Positions 1 to 12,060 of a stretch of DNA of 64,000 bases are shown here, one piece after another. Below the pieces are notes generated by a model. The model worked only from the letters and a program-made list of their open reading frames with translations, ran no database searches and was not told where the DNA came from. The stretch is taken from contig OZ025674.1 in assembly GCA_964019335.1 (NCBI GenBank), positions 434,001 to 498,000 of the forward strand. Reading direction: 5' to 3'. Made by a program: the position numbers and the translations under genes. Source of the stretch: Diplonema japonicum. Taxonomy: Eukaryota; Protista; Euglenozoa: Diplonemea. Numbering within the stretch: position 1 is the first letter of the stretch; each line of letters starts with the position of its first letter.

Positions 1-379
1 AGAGGTGGTGACACACCGCAGCCCGGGCCCTGCAAGAGGAAGCTTCCAGGAGAAGCACGACTCACCCCGTGCCGTAAGGACCTCGTCGTCGCTGTGCACG
101 AACGACATCGAAGGGGCACGGCCGCGCACTCCCCGCAACAGGACGTCCTCACCTTCGACATCGCTGCGGACTATGGACATTGAGGGCGCACAGCCACGTG
201 CCACACCACCCCGCACACGCCCCCAACAGCCACCCGTCGACACAGGCAGGACATCGAGGAATTCAACCCCCGTCCGCCGCCCCCCGCCTCCCCAGTCCCC
301 CCGTGGCGCAACACCAGCACGGCAATCACCTTCCCAGAGCCACGCCACGATCTTTTCTTCTCAGATCACTTTTTTCTAG
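1..379 (+). CDS. 3' end of a gene truncated by the window edge; protein with LxTxDIEGAxPR repeats
   Basis: Open frame to TAG at 377-379. Two copies of the motif (LCTNDIEGARPR, LRTMDIEGAQPR). GC-rich coding-like composition followed by a T-rich spacer. Confidence 0.55.
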   Translation, partial: EVVTHRSPGPARGSFQEKHDSPRAVRTSSSLCTNDIEGARPRTPRNRTSSPSTSLRTMDIEGAQPRATPPRTRPQQPPVDTGRTSRNSTPVRRPPPPQSPRGATPARQSPSQSHATIFSSQITFF

Positions 380-465
380 TATTCTAGTACTGTATAGATA
401 GTTTGTATTTATAGTTTTTTTTTTTTCTTTTTCTTTTCCAACCCTACTTTAAATCTTCAGGGAAA

Positions 466-3400
466 ATGGCGAAGGCTAGGAGTAGGGAGGCGAGGGCCGC
501 TGCCGCCAAAGCACAAAAGCACAGCGGCCCTGTGGACACCACCAATCCAGAGGTCGCTATGTGGCACAAGTCGAAGAAGCAGCGAGCACATGAGAAGGCG
601 GAGAAGCGAAAGGAAAAAGAGCGAAAAAGCAAAGAGGCGCTCAAGAGGCTTGCAGAACAACAGATCCTGCTTGCACAAAGGAAGGAGGTAGTGGATAAGG
701 AAAAGAAAGAGGAACAAGATGCGAAGACGGAAAGGAAGAAGAAGATCATGAGCGAGAGAAGCGAGGTGCAAAGGAAGAGGGGCGTGATGAACAAGGCTGT
801 TAACAGGTCGGTGCTGGACTACCAGCAGATGCTTCAAGAAGACAACATCACAAGGCAGGAGAAGGAGAGCAAACAGAAGATGGCTGATAACGAAATGACG
901 TTGCGGAGGATCGCAGAAGAAGAACTTGCGTACGAGGAGAGGAAGGCAAGAGGTGAGGAGTTGCTACCGTGCAACACTAGCGTTGTGACAGTGAACAGGA
1001 CGGAAGAGCTGGAGTACGGGAGGAGACTGCTACCTATCTTGAACATGGAGCAGGAAATCATGGAGAGCATCAATGGGCTCACGTCGAACGCTCTGGTCCT
1101 GTGCGGTGAGACGGGAAGTGGTAAGACCACCCAGTTGCCGCAGTTCCTCTGGGAAGCAGGCTACGGGCACACCGGGACGGGTAAGAGCCAAGGCATGATC
1201 GGCGTGACACAGCCCAGAAGGGTCGCTGCTCGTAGCATCGCGCAACGTGTGGCGGAAGAACTCAACGTAGACTTCGGGAAGGAAGTGTCATACCAGGTGA
1301 GGTACGACCACAACCTGAGCAGCGACACCAAGGTGAAGTTCATGACAGAGGGCATCCTCCTGAAGGAGATCCAGGCGGACATCGCCCTCCGTCAGTACAG
1401 TGTCATCATCCTCGACGAGGCACACGAGAGAAGCGTTGCCACCGATCTTTTGCTCGGCCTCCTCACACGTATCGTTCGCCTCCGCTGGGAGATGAAAGAG
1501 CAGCTCTCCCCCTTGAAGCTCATTATCATGTCCGCTACACTGCAAGTGTCCACTCTATCCGAGAACACAACGCTTTTCCCTATCTCACCAAAGATCATCA
1601 ACGTGGAGGCCAGGCAGTTCCCCGTCACGAAGCACTTCGCCAAGACCACTGACACCGAGCAGTACGTCGAGAAGGCTGTCCACAAGGTGCAGCAAATCCA
1701 CACGAAACTGCCGCCAGGCGGTATTCTTGTTTTCATGCCGACGCAGCGCACCATCGAGCAGTGCGTGGCGAAGGTCAAGCAGCACTTCATGAACACGAAG
1801 TGCAAGTACTCCGCTAACGAATGGAAAGCAAAGAAGGAAGACTGGGTCGCAAGGAAGGACAAGGCCATGAACGACCACGAAGACCGTGCCAAGGAGATGG
1901 GCGCAGACGAGTACGGGATGACCTTTGAGGACTACGAGCTCCCGGACATGGGCGACGAGACTCAACAAGAGAACTCGGGAATGAAGGACGACTTCTTGGA
2001 GGTAAGTGGTATGCAGGTGGACAGCGATGAGGAGGGAGGGGTAAGGCCGCTGATTGATGAGGATTGTGAAGAAGAAGAATGTGAGGAAGAAGAGGGGGAA
2101 GAAGAAGAAGAAGAGGAGGAGGAGGAGGAGGAAGAAGAAGAGGAAGAGGAAGAGGAAGAAGCGCAAGAAATGGAGGTAAATAAACCAGTTCCGATGGAGA
2201 TGGAGGCGAAGAAGCCGAAGACTGAAAAACGCGGGAAGAAGCGCAGGTTAGAAGACGAGGTAGAGGTGGAGGAAGAAGGTGAGTACGACACGGTCCATGT
2301 GCTGCCACTGTACGCACTGTTGAACCCCAAGCTGCAGAATAAGGTGTTCGAGCCTGTGCCCGTGGGGAAACGTCTGGTTGTTGTCTCGACTAATATTGCG
2401 GAGACGTCGCTGACGCTGCAGGGCATCACCTACGTGGTGGACACAGGACGCGCAAAGACGAAGGTGTTCGATGCCGAGACGGGTATCGCAAAGTATGAAG
2501 TGAACTGGGTCAGCAAGGCCAGTGCAGAGCAGCGTGCAGGCCGTGCAGGGCGTGTTGGCCCCGGACACATCTACCGCTTGTTCTCAACAGCCGTCTACGC
2601 GAACGAGCTCCCCGACCACACCGTCCCGGAGATCCTGGTATCGCCCTTGGAGTCTTTGGTCTTGTTTATCAAGGGATTCTGGGACAGGTCAGTACTTGCC
2701 TTCCCCTTCCCGACACCTCCACCTGCTTCGGGGATCCGATCGTCACTGAAGCACCTCACTAGGTTGGGTGCGCTGACAGAGACGAATGACTCGTTTGTGA
2801 TGTGTCCTCTGGGGTATGATGGAATGGGATGACAATAACACACACACAGTGAGAAAATAAGCGTCTTGCCCGTCCTGCCTAAGTACGGCAAGATGCTGGT
2901 ACTGGCGAAGACGATGTTGAGCAGCGTGGGTGCCGAGCAGAAGAAGTGGCTCCGCGGGGTGGACCAGCCAGTGCTGAGGAAAACAGAAGTCGAAAACCTG
3001 CTGAACACGATAGTGAACGTGGTGTGCATAGCGTCGAGTATGCTGGACGTGTTCGTGGTGCCGTCGCAGGATGACAAGGAGGTATGGACATGAAACACGT
3101 AAAGCAAAGCAAACAACAGTCTGTCCAGGGGCTCAAGAAAGCGGTGAAAACGTTCAGAAAACCGGGATCTGACTACCTGACAGCCCTGGCTGCCTTGAAA
3201 GCATTCACGGAGGCGAAAGGGAACAAGCAAGCGTGGTGCGAAAGGAATTTCCTATCGTTCAAAAACCTCAAGGACGCATTGGCGCTGAAAAAGCAGTTGA
3301 CGCAACTTCTGGTGTCAGACGAAAGCAGCATCGACGTCTATGCCTCGCTGGCTGACGAGGAGGAGGTTAGCAACAAGTCGGAGACGGAGAATCGTGTGAA

Positions 3401-3819
3401 GGGTATCATATCGAAGCCTATTGGGATTCTGAACCAAAACGTTGAAACGATTGTTAGAAAGCTCATTGCATGCGGTCTCATTGACAATGTGGCGAGAAAG
3501 GCGTCCCCCGAAGAGTGCCAGCTCCAAAAGCCTCCCGTGACGTACAACGAGTCGGGGAGAAGAGCGCCATATCTACAAGTATACAAAAAGAAAAAGATAA
3601 AAGCTTTTACCACTTTAAATACAGATCCTCACCAACGAAGTCGTCTTCATGCACGTCAACTCCTCTGTCGCCTCCCTCATGCCCGCGCCCGAGTGGGTTG
3701 TCTACACAGCTTTGGTCAAAACGAAAACCTCGGCGGGCCGTGCACCGCGCACCGTAATGAAAGGTGTTACCGCCGTTAAAAAAGAGTGGCTTACAGAGCT
3801 TGGGTGGGAAGGGTTTTAG
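466..3819 (+). CDS. DHX37: DEAH-box RNA helicase DHX37/Dhr1 (SSU processome), 4 exons; introns 2814-2849, 3082-3119, 3579-3624
   Basis: GETGSGKTTQ, DEAH, SAT, STNIAETSLT and QRAGRAGR motifs; long acidic insert in RecA2. Removing three GT..AG introns restores HA2 (CPLGEKISVLPVLPKYGKML) and the OB region (VFMHVNSS..PEWVVY..MKGVTAVKKEWL), ending at TAG 3817-3819. Confidence 0.9.
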
Positions 3820-3962
3820 ATGCCCTGTTTTCTTTTTTTCCTTTGGAAACACTTTTTTCCCCCTTTTTCCGACACTCCTGCCCCATCAGTATCAGAAATC
3901 ATTACGTAGCTACGGTTTTCAGCCTTTTAACCACCACTCCAGGCATCTCTTGCAGGTCATAG

Positions 3963-6598
3963 ATGGCATTCGGTGGTGGCTTCGGGGGTGGCTTCGGCGC
4001 GCCTGCGGTGTCTAGTGGAGGCTTCGGGGCTGCACCTGCTGCTGGTGGCTTTGGGGCGGCTCCTGCTGCTGGTGGTTTCGGAGCACCAGCTGGTGGCTTC
4101 GGTGCAGCACCTGCTGCTGGTGGCTTCGGGGCAGCACCTGCTGCTGGTGGTTTCGGAGCGGCACCTGCTGCTGGTGGTTTCGGAGCGGCACCTGCTGCTG
4201 GTGGTTTCGGGGCAGCACCAGCTGCTGGCTTCGGTGCAGCGCCAGCTGCTGGTGGTTTCGGAGCGGCACCTGCTGCTGGTGGCTTCGGGGCAGCACCAGC
4301 TGCTGGTGGTTTTGGTGCAGCACCAGCCCCTGCCGGCTTCGGGGCAGGGTTTGGCGCACCTGCTGCAGGTGGCTTTGGTGCATCATCGAGTGCAGCAGGT
4401 GGTTTTGGTTTTGGTGCGCCCTCCGCTCCTGCCTTCGGTAGTGGCTTTGGTGCGTCCGGCGGATTCGGTGCTCCTTCTGCCCCTGCAGGTTTCGGCGGGT
4501 TCGGGGCACCCGCAGCTCCTGCCTTTGGTCAACCCTCCTCTTCTGCTTTCGGTGCTGGCTTCGGCGCGCCTTCTTCAGCAGGGTTTGGCGGCTTTGGTGC
4601 TGCTCCTGCATCTAGCGGTGGATTCGGCGGTTTTGGTGCTGCTCCGGCCTTTGGCCAGCCTTCTTCATCTGGTTTCGGTGGCGGGTTCGGTGCCTCGTCC
4701 TCCGCCCCGGCATTTGGAGGAGGATTCGGTGCCTCAAGCGCTGCCCCGGCATTTGGAGGGGGGTTCGGGGGAGGATTTGGTGCTTCAAACGGTGGGTTCG
4801 GTGCTTCGTCTTCTGCCCCTGCATTTGGAGGTGGGTTCGGTGCTCCATCCAGTGGTGGATTTGGCGCTTTCGGTGCCCCTGCGAGCTCAGCGGGTTTTGG
4901 AGGGTTCGGTGCGCCTTCATCGGCTGCAGGGTTTGGAGGCGGCTTCGGTGCCCCTGCTAGCTCAGCTGGGTTTGGCGGCTTCGGTGCCCCTGCTAGCTCA
5001 GCTGGCTTTGGCGGCTTCGGTGCTGCTAGCTCAGCTGGCTTTGGCGGCTTCGGTGCTCCCTCGTCTTCACCGTTCGGCGCATCTCCCTTCGGTGCTCCAC
5101 CCAGCACAGGCTTTGGCGCCTCAGCAGCATCCCCCTTTGGCGCTGCATCGTCAGGCGGGTTTGGTGCAGCGTCATCAGGAGGCTTCGGCGGCTTCGGTGC
5201 TGCTGGGGCGGGCGGGTTTGGCGCTCCATCATCTGGAGGTTTCGGCGGCTTCGGTGCTGCTGGGGCAGGCGGGTTTGGCGCTGCTTCCTCATCAGGAGGC
5301 TTCGGGGGCTTCGGTGCTGCATCTTCCTCTGGCGGGTTCGGAGGGTTTGGTGCCGCTTCTTCGGGTGGGTTCGGTGGATTCGGTGCGTCTGCAGGCGGAT
5401 TCGGTGCGACACCCCCAGCAGCCGGTTTTGGGGGAGGCTTCAATGGGTTCGGCTCCTCCTCCGCCGCCGGTGGGTTTGGTGGGTTCGGCAGCTCTTCTTC
5501 ATCTGGGTTTGGCGGGTTCGCCTCGTCTTCCACCGCTGGTTTCGGCGGTTTCGGCAGCTCTTCTTCTTCTGCGGGGTTCGGTGCAACAGCACCTCCCTTG
5601 CCTTCGGCCCCCGTGCTTGACCTCCCTGTGTCGGAAAACGGCGGCGTTGCACAACCCCTTCCTGTCCTCTCTGGCGTGATGGAGAACCCGTACGGGATGG
5701 ACTTCAGCTCCACCACCCGTGCGAACGACACGTTCACGAGCTTCGAACACGAACCGGAGACGGTATGCTGGACTATAAAAACAACAACAACAACAACAAT
5801 AGATCGTGAATTACTCGTGGACCCCTGCAAAGGCAGCGCCGCGCCCTATAGGGAAGACACCAACACACTCTCCTCCACCGCAGTCTGACATCACGCACGA
5901 CACGCCTGCAGGGAGCGTGGCGAGGCGGGTGATGGGGTCGCCGGAGGGGGCACCGTGGAACACACCATGCAGCAAGGCAGTGTCGACACCGCTGTCAACT
6001 GGTATGTGAAATAAATAAAAAGATCCAAACCTAAGTTTACAACAATAAAGGCCCGCCTGCACAGTCACCATTCAGACAGCTTGGGTCAGTTGCAAGGCCG
6101 AAGACGAAGCTAGTTGAACAAAGCACGACACCGGTGCAAGCGACACCAACACCGTCTGCTCCGCCTATGCCGAGAAATTACAAGCAGCTGACAGTCCGTA
6201 GAGCGGATTACATTCTAAAGCCCAGTCTCTACGCGTTAAAGGAGATGGACAGGGAGGACTTGGAGCAGATCGATTCATTCCAAATTTCTGTGAAAGGGAA
6301 GATGTCTGTGAGGTTTTTAAGGCCTGTTGACCTCACGAGCTTGACGTATCCTATCGATCAGGCGGTTAATTTGAACACCGAAACCAACGAGCTGCTTCTT
6401 TACGAGGACGATGCCGTTGTACAGCCGATCGGGACACATCTTAATGTTCCCTTCGAAGTCACTATTGAAAACCTCTACTCTACCAACCCCCATGCTACCG
6501 AAAAACAAGTAAGGAATCTAGAAAAGTCCATGGAAGGGTTCCGCCATGTTTCCTTTGACCGAGCGACCGGTAAACATGTCTATCAATACAGCCCGTGA
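3963..6598 (+). CDS. Nup98-like FG-repeat nucleoporin with C-terminal autoproteolytic-type (Nucleoporin2) domain; introns 5763-5802, 6002-6050
   Basis: About 540 aa of GGFGA/FG repeats and an NPYG motif. Two GT..AG introns join it in frame to YILKPSL..VRFLRPVDL..LYEDD..PIGTHLNVPFEVTIEN..FDRATGKH, typical of the Nup98 C-terminal domain. Confidence 0.85.
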
Positions 6599-7110
6599 GG
6601 AAAGAAAAAGAACGGAAAAAAAAGAATGATTGTATTCACCTCTCTGTTTATGCTTGTTTTTTTGTTTCTTTTTTTTGGGGGGGGGTAGGAGAGGATTTTA
6701 GAAGAGGGAAATAATTAATTAAAAAGAACTACTGAAGGCTTGATCCCCCCAACCGGGGAGAGAGAAAAAAAAAGAAGAAAAGAAAAGATAGAAGAAAAAG
6801 AAAAATGGAGGAGGGGTGAGAGGGGAGGGGGAACCTCCTTCCCCCATTGGCTGTTTCCCTAACAGATAAACGGCTTGAGGAGGAAAAAAAAAACCCCCCC
6901 TCCTCTCACCCTTTCCCCCCCTTTTTTTCCCCCTCCCTTCCTCTATTTCTTCTGCTCCCGTTTTTTTTTCTTTTTCTTTCACCTCGTTTTAAAAGAAAAA
7001 AAAAGAGAAAAAAAAAAGATCAAAGCCTTTTTCTTTGCAATTCCCCCGAAGATCCGTTAATATTCTTTTGGTACTATAAAAAAGAAAAGGAAAACAACAA
7101 CAAAAGAAAA

Positions 7111-8472
7111 ATGGGAGAAGGTCAGGAGATTGAGAACGATGTGAAAATCCCTGTAGAACTGACGAAAGCGCAGAGATTAGAGCGCGAGCTTCAGATGATT
7201 CTCGATGAGCGAGCAGCAAGCCTAGGTGAATTGATCGAGACAACGGTCGCCCTGCACAAGTCGATCCAAAAAGAGGTCAAGCAGCTGCTTGAACAGGACA
7301 AAGAAGAGGACATTCTGGTGCAGGAGAGCGTGACAAGAACAAAACTAGCGGAACGAGAGCTTGAGAGGAACCCTATGTACGACGAGTTCAAAAAGAAGAG
7401 AACCGGGAAAGAAGACTGGGCGATGAACGCAGATATTAGAAAACTGGGAAGATGGACAGGGTTGATCACGCTGACACCGTCCGACTGCCGAGAGTTTCTA
7501 AACTGTAAGAAAGAAGGCGTTCCTCTTCCTCAATCCCTCGCTGACGCATTCTCTAACGGAACACCAAAAACCAATGACAAAATCTTCGTGAAAATCTGTG
7601 GAAATTCCATACATGATCTACACTTAACATTGCCCGAAGACACTGCCACACTTCTACGGGAGGCGACGGCACTCCTCGCGTCAATGCGGGAGAAGACCAA
7701 GAACACCGATAAAAAAGCGAGCCCTTCTGAAATCAACAAAACAGCCCACTTCGTGAACACCATCCACGCACTATGCGAGGCCGACGCGCACCACCTTTGC
7801 GAAGCGATGGCGAACTCAAAGGTCTTCCTCAAACAGCACTGCACCCCTGCGGTCATCAATGACAACAACGTCCACATCTGCATCACCCCCTTGGCAGGCG
7901 CCATGCAAGGTGTTTCCATGCGTGGGTACATTATGAAAAACCGGCTAAAGATGGTAGAAGTCTACGATAGTGAACCAGGTGCAGAAATTAAATCTAATGT
8001 AGAAGCCTTTGTCTACAATCTTATCAGAAGTCATGGCGACGTGATCGGAGGTACGTGCGTGGTGGACATGTGGTGTGAAGGTTCTGGGGTGTACCTTGAC
8101 TGGATCCACAGGCTTGATCCCGAGATGCCACAGGGAGTCTCATGGGAGGATCTATGTGCGCAAAGTCTTTCGTCCGACCCCGCGTCGTGGCACTATGGTA
8201 TACGATACCATGACACCATCCCGCACACTGTCTCACTGCTCTCTGCGGAGGCGTTCAATATGACAGCGGCGAACCCTGTCTGGGGGCCTCCTACCCCCAC
8301 ACCTATCACGGCACTTCTTAACATGCAGGTGAGGCCACTTCCTGTTGTTACCGCAACACATGTGGAGCCCGTGGTTGGTGCGGATGAAGCTTCATCGTCG
8401 ACTATGTTGCTTGCTGCGTCCACTGTGGCAGTTGGGTTTTTTGCTGGTTTCTTGGCTGCGCGTAAGAAGTGA
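7111..8472 (+). CDS. Coiled-coil plus degenerate Cdc123/R2K-like ATP-grasp protein with a C-terminal membrane anchor
   Basis: ATG follows an A-rich leader; the longer ORF 5' part is poly-T/poly-A spacer. Motif order IFVKICGNSIHD / SMRGYIMKNRL / VVDM..VYLDWI / SWEDL resembles Cdc123-type ATP-grasps. C-terminus LLAASTVAVGFFAGFLAARKK is hydrophobic with a basic tail. Confidence 0.6.
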   Translation: MGEGQEIENDVKIPVELTKAQRLERELQMILDERAASLGELIETTVALHKSIQKEVKQLLEQDKEEDILVQESVTRTKLAERELERNPMYDEFKKKRTGKEDWAMNADIRKLGRWTGLITLTPSDCREFLNCKKEGVPLPQSLADAFSNGTPKTNDKIFVKICGNSIHDLHLTLPEDTATLLREATALLASMREKTKNTDKKASPSEINKTAHFVNTIHALCEADAHHLCEAMANSKVFLKQHCTPAVINDNNVHICITPLAGAMQGVSMRGYIMKNRLKMVEVYDSEPGAEIKSNVEAFVYNLIRSHGDVIGGTCVVDMWCEGSGVYLDWIHRLDPEMPQGVSWEDLCAQSLSSDPASWHYGIRYHDTIPHTVSLLSAEAFNMTAANPVWGPPTPTPITALLNMQVRPLPVVTATHVEPVVGADEASSSTMLLAASTVAVGFFAGFLAARKK

Positions 8473-8749
8473 ACTCGAGTCGGCACAGGGTTTCTACTCT
8501 GCCGGTGTGAACGCTTTTTCCTCTCTTTTTTTTTTGTTTGTTGTTTAATTTAAGGAAGACTTATTTAACTACCCCTCCCCCCCGTCTCCACACCACACGC
8601 ACTTTAACAACCCTCGCCCCATCCCCTCCCCATGAGAGAGCGATTTCTCACAAACGAAAGATGGAAAAAAAAAAGCGCCGCCTCCCTTTTAATTACCCAG
8701 TTCTTTTTTCATTTTCTGGTTTTCCTCTATAGAGTCATGTCAAGGGGTC

Positions 8750-11700
8750 ATGCCGCAGCATGTGCCGAGGCCACCGTCGCAAGTGGTGCGGAGGGAGTCG
8801 CGGCGGTGGGGGTTGGTGACATCGGGGGGGCATGCAGATAGGTTGATGGCAGGGGAGCTGAGAGGGCGGGGGGAGGTGAGTGTTCGAGAAGGGCAGGGAT
8901 GGGTAAGAATGAAGAAGATGGGAGAAGTTCTGCTGCACATCACCAGCGAGACGGAGCGCGTGGAGGTGGTGGAGGATGACGGGAGGCGCGACATCCACGA
9001 CAGCGAGGACTACGCGAGGATAGCACTTGTCATTGCCATCATCACCGAACTGGAGAACCACAAGGAGCCCCCTGCACCTAACCCACGCATCACCCACGCT
9101 CGGCGCTTTTCACAGTCCGTCGACTCCCTTCTTGCTGAAGAAAATGAAGCACGTGAAGTGGTCACCCTCGCAGACAGTACTTTCTGGAACCAAGTCGAGT
9201 TCAAGGCGCAGTACTCAAAAGACATCGCCACGCGGTATAAGCAGAGCTTCTGCGACGAGCGTGCATCCGTCGCTGCCTTGGAACAGTCCTCTCGCGGGGC
9301 ACTTGAGCATCTTGAGCAAAGCAACACATCGGACCTTATATCTGTTGGCCTTGCGTCCTTCACCCACGCCCAGCAGCACAGCGAACGTCTACCCTTGACA
9401 CACTATGTGTTTGGGGAATGTGAAGTGGAACGGGCGTTGCTAGATCGAGGATGGGAGGAAGCGATAAGATCGATGGTCTCCACCATGCATAGGGAGAGGG
9501 TAGCGTGGTGCACCCGTTTGGTGTCTGATGAGAATAGTGCCAGGAGGGAGATCCTGTTTATGGAACGGCAATGGTGTCTGGAAAATGACATCCGTCCCCC
9601 GCCCCAGGAGGAAGAGGTTCCTTCTGAGGATGGCTTTAACCTGACCACCTTGGACCTCCGAGAAGTTACTGAGCTTGAGGTGTGCTACCGAACGGTGTGG
9701 GTCGAGCGCGAGGTTATCGTCCGCTCAGACATCGCTCATCTCAGCGAGTCATCGCTCAGTCGTGCCCTCCGTGCTTCGTCAAAGCTGCGCTCGTTGACCT
9801 TCCCTCCCGCATTCACTAACACGATTTACGAGAAATCAGTCCAGCTTCTGCTCATAGAAACCGAGGAGCTCCAGGAGTTTGCAGCACTATGCCTCACCTT
9901 CCACGACGAGTCCAACCGGATCCTCTTGGGCAGGATGTCTGCAGGGAGTCCCCGCGGAGACCGTGAAGCGGAAGAGAGCATCCTTGCCAAGCTGCTGACT
10001 GACTTCTCAGCAGAGGCGTCACGTCTTGCAGAAGACGTCGCAATGAAGAACGGCCTTACCTTCGGATGGGAGGCGCTGTTGACCATTGCGTGGTACGCGC
10101 AGCAGCGTCTCAAATCTGAGTGCATGTACGTCCTGCAGATGCACAGACGATCCCTGTTGCAAGTAGACCCCCCGTGCTTGATCAAGCCCCCCCCACCTGT
10201 GGACCACCCTGCTTACGCTCCACGCTGCTTTCAGATCGACACCTTTCGAAACCGCTGCGGTAAGATCTTCTTCGCAGAGCTGATTGCCGCCGCGGATAGC
10301 TTGAAAAGAATCCATCACAACCACGCAGAAACGTTGCGGAACAATGTGCGCATATGGAAAAAGGAGGCTGCCGGTATTAACATGTTGGAATACGACAGCA
10401 TGCAGGAGTACATCACCAGCAAGGTGGATAGCACACTCGCAGAGGAATGGACTGTTGTCGAGAAGGCGGTCGAGGAATACGGAGAAGCAGTGCTTGCAGG
10501 TTGCGAAGAGTGGAACGAACATGTAACGGAGAAACTAACCCGTATACAGGAGATGGACCTGCATGTGGTGAAGGAGACACAGCGGCATACCGCAGACACG
10601 TGCTGTCTAGGACCTGAGATATCACAGAAACGGGTGACTGGGCGGGAACACGTAAGGAAGACTCTGTCGCATGCCACTGCACTGCTCTTCTCGTCGCGCA
10701 TTCAGCTGGAGGAGGTTTGCGATGCAACAGAGCTGACGTGCTTCGACGACGGTCTGCAGGCATGGCTGGCGGAGGGCTTTACTATCATCGACAATGCCTG
10801 CAACCACGACCCCTATGTTGCAGAACTCTGGAAGCATCACATGACGACGCACTTTGAGCAAGGCATATGGTGCATACGTAGCCACGCCCTGCGTGCCCTT
10901 GCCGACACCGAACTTGCTGTAGCTGCAGAGTGCAAGCGCACACAGGACCTCTCCGACAGCATGGCCTTGAGCGAAGTCTACGCCGCCCTTGACAGTGATG
11001 ATCTACACAAGGCCATCGCCAGTGGGGAGAAGTGGCTTGGCATCGCCCCAGGGTCAGACACGGGGGGCAAGGAACTGTACCGCTTGCAAATCATCAAAGA
11101 AGAGATTACCAGCAGAAGCGATGTCCTGCAGGATGAGGCAGCTTCGTGGCAGACAACCATCAAGGAGCACGCTGAGATGTCGCAGGCGCTTGCTGCCCTC
11201 ATCACAGAGTCGTTCGAGGCGCAGGATGCAAAGGCAGTGGGCACTGCGTTGGTGGAACGGGGCGCTGGGTCTATGGTAGCCTTCATGTTCCTGCATGAAA
11301 AGGGACACCCTGCGCTAGACGGGGTGCCGGCACGGCTGCAGGAAAGGGTGAAAAAAGTATCGCTCAAACTTATGGAAACCCTAACTGAGGCCCCGTACCT
11401 GGCAGTGTGGGTCGACGTAAGCGGCGGGTACAGATCATGGAGAGGGCAGTACAGAAGGTGGGGGAGAGACACTCTAAGGAGGGTAGGAGGACACCAAGTG
11501 CTAAGAAGAAGAAACGGGAGGTGGTCACTTCTAGAGCACGAGGACGTGCCAGACTCAGGGTGCGATGAACCGATGGAAGGAGAGGCTTGCTTGACGTACG
11601 AAGGCCAACCTGTGGTGGGGAAGGTACAGTTTTGGTCGGGCCTGCCATTTAAAGCTGAGTTCCGCAAAGAGGACTTCATGCCCCGAACACACAGTGTTGG

Positions 11701-11944
11701 CCTCCACGGAGGGATCCCTCATCTCAACGAAGGCCTCTTGGTACACCAAAGCTGCATTGCTTCGTCATCCACCCTCTTTGGCTCGTGGGTTACACATGGC
11801 ATACATATCAGATTACTGGATTACTCACGTTGTTGTAACCCTTGGTTTGCCTTTGCCACGCATAGTGGGGTGCTGAAGTTGGTGGATGGGATGACGTGCA
11901 GGGCGTGGCCGGGATCGCGCACAGCGGCTATGGAGTATATTTAA
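8750..11944 (+). CDS. Hypothetical 1064-aa protein, helical with EExxxR-type repeats
   Basis: Uninterrupted 3.2-kb ORF of coding composition flanked by T-rich spacers; no recognisable catalytic motif. Confidence 0.75.
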   Translation: MPQHVPRPPSQVVRRESRRWGLVTSGGHADRLMAGELRGRGEVSVREGQGWVRMKKMGEVLLHITSETERVEVVEDDGRRDIHDSEDYARIALVIAIITELENHKEPPAPNPRITHARRFSQSVDSLLAEENEAREVVTLADSTFWNQVEFKAQYSKDIATRYKQSFCDERASVAALEQSSRGALEHLEQSNTSDLISVGLASFTHAQQHSERLPLTHYVFGECEVERALLDRGWEEAIRSMVSTMHRERVAWCTRLVSDENSARREILFMERQWCLENDIRPPPQEEEVPSEDGFNLTTLDLREVTELEVCYRTVWVEREVIVRSDIAHLSESSLSRALRASSKLRSLTFPPAFTNTIYEKSVQLLLIETEELQEFAALCLTFHDESNRILLGRMSAGSPRGDREAEESILAKLLTDFSAEASRLAEDVAMKNGLTFGWEALLTIAWYAQQRLKSECMYVLQMHRRSLLQVDPPCLIKPPPPVDHPAYAPRCFQIDTFRNRCGKIFFAELIAAADSLKRIHHNHAETLRNNVRIWKKEAAGINMLEYDSMQEYITSKVDSTLAEEWTVVEKAVEEYGEAVLAGCEEWNEHVTEKLTRIQEMDLHVVKETQRHTADTCCLGPEISQKRVTGREHVRKTLSHATALLFSSRIQLEEVCDATELTCFDDGLQAWLAEGFTIIDNACNHDPYVAELWKHHMTTHFEQGIWCIRSHALRALADTELAVAAECKRTQDLSDSMALSEVYAALDSDDLHKAIASGEKWLGIAPGSDTGGKELYRLQIIKEEITSRSDVLQDEAASWQTTIKEHAEMSQALAALITESFEAQDAKAVGTALVERGAGSMVAFMFLHEKGHPALDGVPARLQERVKKVSLKLMETLTEAPYLAVWVDVSGGYRSWRGQYRRWGRDTLRRVGGHQVLRRRNGRWSLLEHEDVPDSGCDEPMEGEACLTYEGQPVVGKVQFWSGLPFKAEFRKEDFMPRTHSVGLHGGIPHLNEGLLVHQSCIASSSTLFGSWVTHGIHIRLLDYSRCCNPWFAFATHSGVLKLVDGMTCRAWPGSRTAAMEYI

Positions 11945-12060
11945 GAATTTATAACATTTATGTTTTTCTCTATTTTTTTTTTCTGGAGGAGTTTACACCC
12001 CCCCTTTTTTTTAGAGTAATTTCTTCCTCTTGAGTTTTGACCGTTGGCATAACCCTCAGG

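Noticed and set aside
2020-2290. Long poly-Glu/GAA-GAG tract in the helicase
   Set aside because: An acidic low-complexity insert at this position is ordinary for DHX37/Dhr1.
4529-5830. 433-aa Pro-rich minus-strand ORF and 568-aa alternative-frame ORF (3973-5679)
   Set aside because: Shadow frames of the repetitive GGFGA nucleoporin coding sequence.
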